Shown piece after piece: positions 7,411-12,148 of a stretch of DNA of 12,148 bases. The notes beneath the pieces were generated by a model. The model ran no database searches. It worked only from the letters and a program-made list of their open reading frames with translations, and had not been told where the DNA came from. Position numbers and translations under genes: made by a program. Positions within the stretch are counted from its first letter, which is position 1; the number at the start of each line of letters is the position of its first letter. This DNA comes from a virus (lineage: Duplodnaviria > Heunggongvirae > Uroviricota > Caudoviricetes): the IMG/VR virus record IMGVR_UViG_2585427761_000002. One strand, 5' to 3'.

Positions 7411-8163
7411 ATGGCAACACCAAATCCCCTTGAGCCGGTAAAAGGTGCCGGTACCACTCTGTGGGTTTACAACGGCAAGGGTGATGCTTATGCAAACCCG
7501 TTGTCAGACGATGACTGGCTGCGACTGGCTAAGGTGAAGGATCTGACGCCGGGCGAGATGACGGCAGAACCCTACGATGATAACTACCTGGATGATGAAG
7601 ACGCGGACTGGACCGCGACCGGGCAGGGGCAGAAGTCTGCAGGAGATACCAGTTTTACGCTGGCCTGGAAACCGGGAGAAGAAGGTCAGAAAGGGCTTAT
7701 AGGCTGGTTTGAAAGCGGGGATGTGCGGGCCTATAAAATCCGTTTTCCGAACGGCACGGTGGATGTGTTTCGTGGCTGGGTCAGCAGTATCGGTAAGGCC
7801 GTGACGGCGAAAGAAGTGATCACCCGCACGGTGAAAGTGACCAACGTGGGCAAACCTTCTGTAGCGGAAGAACGCAGCAAAATTACGCCGGTCAGTGCGA
7901 TTAAGGTGACGCCGACATCCGGTACGGTGGCAAAAGGGAAAACAACCACCCTGACGGTTTCTTTTGAGCCGGAAAGTGCAACCGACAAGACGTTCAGAGC
8001 GGTTTCCGCCGATCCGTCGAAAGCCACCATTAGTGTGAAAGATATGACAATTACGGTAAACGGCGTGGCGACAGGTAAGGTGCAGATCCCTGTGGTGAGC
8101 GGAAATGGTCAGTTCGCCGCAGTGGCTGAAGTCACCGTTACTGAAGCGGGCGCTGCAGGGTAA
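7411..8163 (+). CDS. V: Major tail tube protein gpV, including the C-terminal Ig-like (Big_2-type) domain
   Basis: 250-aa product with [75 protein letters not shown]...[44 protein letters not shown], matching lambda gpV. The C-terminal ~90 aa resemble the lambda gpV Ig-like domain. Confidence 0.95.
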   Translation: MATPNPLEPVKGAGTTLWVYNGKGDAYANPLSDDDWLRLAKVKDLTPGEMTAEPYDDNYLDDEDADWTATGQGQKSAGDTSFTLAWKPGEEGQKGLIGWFESGDVRAYKIRFPNGTVDVFRGWVSSIGKAVTAKEVITRTVKVTNVGKPSVAEERSKITPVSAIKVTPTSGTVAKGKTTTLTVSFEPESATDKTFRAVSADPSKATISVKDMTITVNGVATGKVQIPVVSGNGQFAAVAEVTVTEAGAAG

Positions 8164-8176
8164 ACGGAGGTCATAC

Positions 8177-8608
8177 ATGTTTCTGAAAACAGAACAATTT
8201 GAATATAACGGTGTGTCCGTCACGCTTTCCGAATTGTCTGCGCTGCAGCGTATCGAGCATCTTGCCCTCCTGAAACGGCGTGCAGAACAGGCAGAATCCA
8301 GCGGCAACCTGCAGGTAAGCGTGGAAGATCTCGTCAGAACCGGCGCGTTTCTGGTGGCGATGTCCCTGTGGCATAACCATCCACAGAAAACGCAGTCACC
8401 GTCAATGAATGAGGCCGTGATGAAGATAGAGCAGGAAGTGCTCACCACCTGGCCTGCCGATGCCATTGCCCGGGCGGAAGACGTGGTGTTGTGCCTGTCC
8501 GGGATGATCGAAGCTGTTCGTCCGGATACTGATATTACTGAAGTGGCGAAAAATAACGCGCTGACTGATGATGATTTTTCTGCGGGAAAGTCTTCGACGG
8601 CGAGCTGA
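8177..8608 (+). CDS. G: Tail assembly chaperone gpG
   Basis: ATG at 8177 preceded by GGAGG at 8166-8170. Product MFLKTEQFEYNGVSVTLSELSALQRIEHLALLKRRAEQAES...TGAFLVAMSLWHNHPQKTQSPSMNEAV.KIEQEVLTTWP matches lambda gpG. The ORF-track start at 8105 lies inside the end of V and is rejected in favour of 8177. Confidence 0.9.
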   Translation: MFLKTEQFEYNGVSVTLSELSALQRIEHLALLKRRAEQAESSGNLQVSVEDLVRTGAFLVAMSLWHNHPQKTQSPSMNEAVMKIEQEVLTTWPADAIARAEDVVLCLSGMIEAVRPDTDITEVAKNNALTDDDFSAGKSSTAS

Positions 8609-9048
8609 ATTTTGCCCTCAGACTGGCGCGTGAGATGGGGAGGCCTGACTGGCGCGCCATGCTTGCCGGGATGACATCCACCGAATATGCCGACTGGCAC
8701 CGTTTTTACCGTACGCATTATTTTCTCGATACCCAGCTGGATATGCATTTTTCCGGGCTGACGTACGCCGTACTCAGCCTGTTTTTTTGCGATCCGGATA
8801 TGCATCCCTCTGATTTCAGTCTGCTTGCCCCCCGGCGTGAGGAAGCGCAGACGGAGATGTCGGATGAGGAAAAAATGCTGATGCAGAAAGCGGCAGGACT
8901 TGCCGGAGGCGTCCGGTTTGGTGGGGACGGAGGGCGTGAGATTTTATCGTCTGCGGATGTGGCGGATGTCAGCGAGGATGATGTCGCATTAATGATGGCT
9001 TCAGCGGGGATTTCCGGAGGTGTGAGATATGTCCCAGCCGGTTGGTGA
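8177..9048 (+). CDS. T: Tail assembly chaperone fusion gpG-T, made by a programmed -1 ribosomal frameshift at the slippery heptamer near the end of G
   Basis: Slippery sequence G GGA AAG at 8584-8590 in the G frame. The -1 frame then reads VFDGELNFALRLAREMGRPDWRAMLAGMTSTEYADWHRFY...MHFSGLTY.VLSLFF.DPDMHP.DFSLL...LMQKAAGLAGGVRFG...GGVRY, matching lambda gpT, with no stop until 9046-9048. The T frame has no independent ribosome-binding site. Confidence 0.85.
8584..8590 (+). promoter_or_regulatory. Programmed -1 frameshift slippery heptamer GGGAAAG (G/T recoding site)
   Basis: Heptamer sits in the X XXY YYZ register relative to the G frame, 18 nt before the G stop codon. It is the same heptamer used by lambda G-T. 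Confidence 0.85.
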
Positions 9049-11608
9049 TCTTGTTATTGACCTGAGTCTGGATGCGGTCCGTTTCGATGAGCAGATGAGC
9101 CGGGTAAGGCGTCATTTTTCCGGACTGGAGACTGACGCCAGAAAAACCGCCGGTGTTGTTGAGCAGAACCTGAGTCGTCAGGCGCTGGCTGCACAAAAAG
9201 CCGGGATTTCCGTCGGGCAGTATAAAGCGGCCATGCGAACCCTGCCCGCACAGTTTACGGATATCGCCACGCAGCTTGCCGGTGGTCAGAATCCCTGGCT
9301 GATCCTGCTGCAACAGGGCGGTCAGGTGAAGGACTCCTTCGGCGGGATGATCCCCATGTTCAGGGGGCTTGCCGGTGCGATCACCCTGCCGATGGTCGGG
9401 GTCACCTCGCTGGCGGTGGCGACAGGTGCGCTGGCGTACGCCTGGTACCAGGGGGATTCCACGCTTTCAGCGTTTAATAAAACCCTGGTTCTTTCCGGTA
9501 ATCAGTCCGGACTGACTGCCGATCGCATGCTGACGCTCTCCAGAGCCGGACAGGCCGCAGGGCTGACGTTTAACCAGGCGAGTGAGTCACTGGCAGCCCT
9601 GGTGAATGCCGGTGTGCGTGGTGGTGAACAGTTTGATGCCATCAACCAGAGTGTCGCGCGTTTTGCTTCTGCATCCGGTGTGGAGGTGGACAAGGTTGCA
9701 GAGGCTTTCGGAAAACTGACCACCGACCCTACGTCGGGGCTGATTGCGATGGCGCGCCAGTTCCGTAACGTGACGGCAGAGCAGATTGCGTATGTTGCGC
9801 AGCTGCAGCGTTCCGGTGATGAGGCCGGGGCCTTACAGGCGGCGAACGATATCGCCACGAAAGGCTTTGATGAGCAGACCCGTCGCCTGAAAGAAAACAT
9901 GGGGACACTGGAGACCTGGGCGGATAAAACCGGGAAGGCATTCAAATCGATGTGGGATGCCATTCTGGATATCGGTCGTCCTGAGTCCTCAGCGGATATG
10001 CTCGCCAGTGCGCAGAAGGCATTTGATGAGGCGGATAAAAAATGGCAGTGGTACCAGAGCCGGAGCCAGCGCCGCGGTAAAACCTCCTCTTTCCGGGCCA
10101 ACCTTCAGGGCGCATGGAATGACCGGGAAAATGCCCGTCTGGGGCTGGCAGCGGTCACGCTGCAGTCGGATATGGAAAAAGCCGGTGAACTGGCCGCCAG
10201 GGACCGGGCCGAACGGGACGCATCACAGCTGAAGTATACCGGAGAGGCGCAGAAGGCGTATGAGCGTCTGCTGACGCCGCTGGAGAAATATACCGCCCGT
10301 CAGGAAGAACTGAATAAGGCACTGAAAGACGGGAAAATCCTGCAGGCAGATTACAACACGCTGATGGCGGCGGCGAAAAAGGACTATGAAGCGACGCTGA
10401 AAAAGCCGAAACAGTCCGGCGTGAAGGTGTCTGCGGGCGATCGTCAGGAAGACAGTGCTCATGCTGCCCTGCTGACGCTTCAGGCAGAACTCCGGATGCT
10501 GGAGAAGCATGCCGGAGCGAATGAGAAAATCAGCCAGCAGCGTCGCGATTTATGGAAAGCGGAAAATCAGTATGCGGTCCTGAAAGAGGTAGCCACGAAA
10601 CGGCAGTTATCTGAGCAGGAAAAATCCCTGCTGACCCATGAGAAAGAGACGCTGGAGTACAAACGCCAGCTGGCTGAGCTGGGAGACAAAGTTGAACACC
10701 AGAAACGGCTGAATGAGCTGGCACAGCAGGCTGCGCGGTTTGAGCAGCAGCAGGGCGCGAAGCAGGCGGCCATCAGCGCAAAAGCCCGCGGCCTCACCGA
10801 CCGTCAGGCGCAGCGGGAGTCGGAAGAGCAGCGCCTTCGTGACGTGTACGGTGATAATCCGGATGCGCTGGCGAAGGCCACATCTGCACTGAAGAACACC
10901 TGGTCTGCGGAGGAGCAGCTTCGTGGAAGCTGGATGGCCGGTCTGAAGTCCGGCTGGGGCGAGTGGGCAGAAAGTGCGACGGACAGTTTTTCGCAGGTTA
11001 AAAGCGTGGCCACGCAGACCTTTGACGGTATTGCACAGAATATGGCAGCGATGCTGACCGGCAGCGAACAGAACTGGCGTGGGTTCACCCGTTCTGTGCT
11101 CTCCATGCTGACAGAGATTTTTCTGAAGCAGGCAATGGTGGGGATTGTCGGGAGTATCGGCAGCGCCATTGGCGGTGCTTTCGGTGGTGGTGCGTCTGCC
11201 TCCACGGGGACGGCCATTCAGGCTGCGGCGGCGAACTTCCATTTCGCGACCGGGGGATTTACGGGGACGGGGGGTAAATATGAACCTGCGGGAATTGTTC
11301 ATCGCGGGGAGTTTGTCTTCACGAAGGAGGCAACCAGCCGGATTGGCGTCGGCAACCTGTATCGTCTGATGCGCGGGTATGCGGAAGGTGGTTATGTGGG
11401 CGGTGCCGGAAGTCCGGCGCAGATGCGGCGGACGGAAGGCATTAATTTTAATCAGAACAATCACGTGGTGATTCAGAACGACGGCTCCAACGGACAGGCG
11501 GGGCCGCAGCTGATGAAGGCGGGGTATGACATGGCCCGCAAGGGGGCGCAGGATGAGATTCAGGCGCAGATGCGTGATGGCGGCGTCTTTTCCGGAGGCA
11601 GGCGATGA
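9029..11608 (+). CDS. H: Tail tape measure protein gpH
   Basis: 859-aa product (I recall lambda gpH as 853 aa) with long identical stretches (PVGDLV.DLSLDA.RFDEQM.RVRRHFSG, AGISVGQYKAAMR.LPAQFTD.ATQLAGGQ.PWLILLQQGGQVKDSFGGMIPMFRGLAGAITLPMVG, KYTARQEELNKALKDGKILQADYNTLMAAAKKDYEATLKKPKQS, GIVHRGEFVFTKEATSRIGVGNLYRLMRGY). ATG at 9029 with GGAGG upstream; overlaps the end of T by 20 nt. Confidence 0.95.
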   Translation: MSQPVGDLVIDLSLDAVRFDEQMSRVRRHFSGLETDARKTAGVVEQNLSRQALAAQKAGISVGQYKAAMRTLPAQFTDIATQLAGGQNPWLILLQQGGQVKDSFGGMIPMFRGLAGAITLPMVGVTSLAVATGALAYAWYQGDSTLSAFNKTLVLSGNQSGLTADRMLTLSRAGQAAGLTFNQASESLAALVNAGVRGGEQFDAINQSVARFASASGVEVDKVAEAFGKLTTDPTSGLIAMARQFRNVTAEQIAYVAQLQRSGDEAGALQAANDIATKGFDEQTRRLKENMGTLETWADKTGKAFKSMWDAILDIGRPESSADMLASAQKAFDEADKKWQWYQSRSQRRGKTSSFRANLQGAWNDRENARLGLAAVTLQSDMEKAGELAARDRAERDASQLKYTGEAQKAYERLLTPLEKYTARQEELNKALKDGKILQADYNTLMAAAKKDYEATLKKPKQSGVKVSAGDRQEDSAHAALLTLQAELRMLEKHAGANEKISQQRRDLWKAENQYAVLKEVATKRQLSEQEKSLLTHEKETLEYKRQLAELGDKVEHQKRLNELAQQAARFEQQQGAKQAAISAKARGLTDRQAQRESEEQRLRDVYGDNPDALAKATSALKNTWSAEEQLRGSWMAGLKSGWGEWAESATDSFSQVKSVATQTFDGIAQNMAAMLTGSEQNWRGFTRSVLSMLTEIFLKQAMVGIVGSIGSAIGGAFGGGASASTGTAIQAAAANFHFATGGFTGTGGKYEPAGIVHRGEFVFTKEATSRIGVGNLYRLMRGYAEGGYVGGAGSPAQMRRTEGINFNQNNHVVIQNDGSNGQAGPQLMKAGYDMARKGAQDEIQAQMRDGGVFSGGRR

Positions 11609-11934
11609 AAACCTTTCGCTGGAAAGTGAAGCCGGATATGGAGGTGAACTCGCAGCCATCGGTGCGTGAAGTGCGTTTTGGTGACGGGTATTCGCAGCGT
11701 ATGGCGGCGGGGCTGAATGCTGACCTGAAAACATACCGTGTGACGCTTTCCGTGACCCGGGAGGAGGCCCGGCATCTGGAAGCGTTCCTGGCAGAGCACG
11801 GAGGCTGGAAGGCATTTTTGTGGAAGCCACCCTATGCATACCGGCAGATAAAGGTGACCTGTGCCGGGTGGTCTGCGCGGGTCGGGATGTTGCGCGTTGA
11901 GTTCAGCGCGGAGTTTAAGCAGGTGGTGAACTGA
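11605..11934 (+). CDS. M: Tail tip protein gpM
   Basis: 109-aa product MKTFRWKVKP.M.V...PSVR.VRFGDGYSQR...GLNA.LKTY.VTLSV.REEA..LE.FL.EHGGWK.FLW.PPY..RQIKVTCA.WS.RV.MLRVEFSAEF.QVVN, the same length as and a close match to lambda gpM. ATGA overlap with the H stop. Confidence 0.93.
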   Translation: MKTFRWKVKPDMEVNSQPSVREVRFGDGYSQRMAAGLNADLKTYRVTLSVTREEARHLEAFLAEHGGWKAFLWKPPYAYRQIKVTCAGWSARVGMLRVEFSAEFKQVVN

Positions 11935-12148
11935 TGCAGGATATTCACGAAGAAAGCCTGAACGAGTCGGTTAAATCAGAGCAGTCACCGCGGGTGGTGC
12001 TCTGGGAAATTGACCTGACGGTGCAGGGTGGTGAGCGGTATTTTTTCTGCAATGCGCTGAATGAAAAAGGGGAGGCGGTTACCTGGCAGGGGCGGCAATA
12101 TCAGGCATACCCGATTGACGGCAGTGGCTTTGAGATGAACGGGAAGGG
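11934..12148 (+). CDS. L: Tail tip protein gpL, N-terminal portion (continues beyond the window end)
   Basis: ATG at 11934 overlaps the M stop (TGATG). Translation MQDIHEESLNESVKSEQSPRVVLWEIDLTVQGGERYFFCNALNEKGEAVTWQGRQYQAYPIDGSGFEMNGK matches the lambda gpL N-terminus. Absent from the ORF track because no stop is reached. Confidence 0.9.
   Translation, partial: MQDIHEESLNESVKSEQSPRVVLWEIDLTVQGGERYFFCNALNEKGEAVTWQGRQYQAYPIDGSGFEMNGK

Larger units (their letters stand above)
1..12148 (+). mobile_element. Lambda-like phage or prophage head and tail morphogenesis module (late operon segment), extending beyond both window edges
   Basis: Gene order A-W-B-C/Nu3-D-E-FI-FII-Z-U-V-G-T-H-M-L, all on the + strand, with overlapping or closely spaced starts and stops, matches the lambda left arm. 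Homology is judged by eye against remembered lambda protein sequences. Confidence 0.9.

Noticed and set aside
8105-8176. Upstream start for G at 8105 as given in the ORF track
   Set aside because: It lies inside the 3' end of V with no ribosome-binding site. The lambda gpG homology and a GGAGG Shine-Dalgarno support ATG 8177.
7504-8805. 433-aa ORF on the minus strand spanning V, G and the start of T
   Set aside because: It is antisense to three strongly conserved structural genes. The translation is Arg/Cys/His-rich and low-complexity with no recognisable motif. Long antisense open frames are expected in GC-rich DNA with strong codon bias.
8635-9048. T as an independent gene starting at ATG 8635
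   Set aside because: The frame is open upstream back to the GGGAAAG slippery site and homology to gpT begins before 8635 (VFDGELNFALRLAREMGRPDW). There is no convincing ribosome-binding site at 8635. The G-T frameshift fusion is the better model.
10607-11839. 410-aa ORF on the minus strand
   Set aside because: Antisense to the conserved 3' end of the tape measure gene H and to M. The composition is Pro/Arg/Ala-rich junk. No independent support.
1-12148. Search for tRNA genes, CRISPR repeats, IS elements or attachment sites, and inserted cargo or moron genes
   Set aside because: The window is almost entirely coding on one strand. Intergenic gaps are at most about 60 nt. I saw no direct-repeat arrays, no cloverleaf-compatible conserved tRNA motifs and no ORF lacking a lambda counterpart. 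Nothing can be supported.

Overview
The window is a contiguous, same-strand lambda-like (lambdoid) phage or prophage morphogenesis module, collinear with the phage lambda left arm: terminase large subunit (3' part), W, B (portal), C/Nu3 (prohead protease/scaffold), D, E (major capsid), FI, FII, Z, U, V, G/G-T, H (tape measure), M and the start of L. Assignments rest on reading the supplied translations against lambda proteins recalled from memory; no database search was run. Coding density is near 100% and I see no cargo or moron genes, RNA genes, CRISPR arrays or insertion sequences, so I do not see evidence of a novel system here. The points worth a second look are: (1) FII is split by an apparent 1-nt deletion; (2) FI is also split across two frames at a CA dinucleotide tract; (3) the C/Nu3 scaffold region carries three degenerate tandem copies of a ~46-aa motif, making C about 60 aa longer than I recall for lambda; (4) a canonical intrinsic-terminator hairpin sits just after E; (5) a perfect 22-bp palindrome sits between D and E; (6) the conserved G-T slippery heptamer is present. 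Long minus-strand ORFs are antisense to conserved genes and are rejected.
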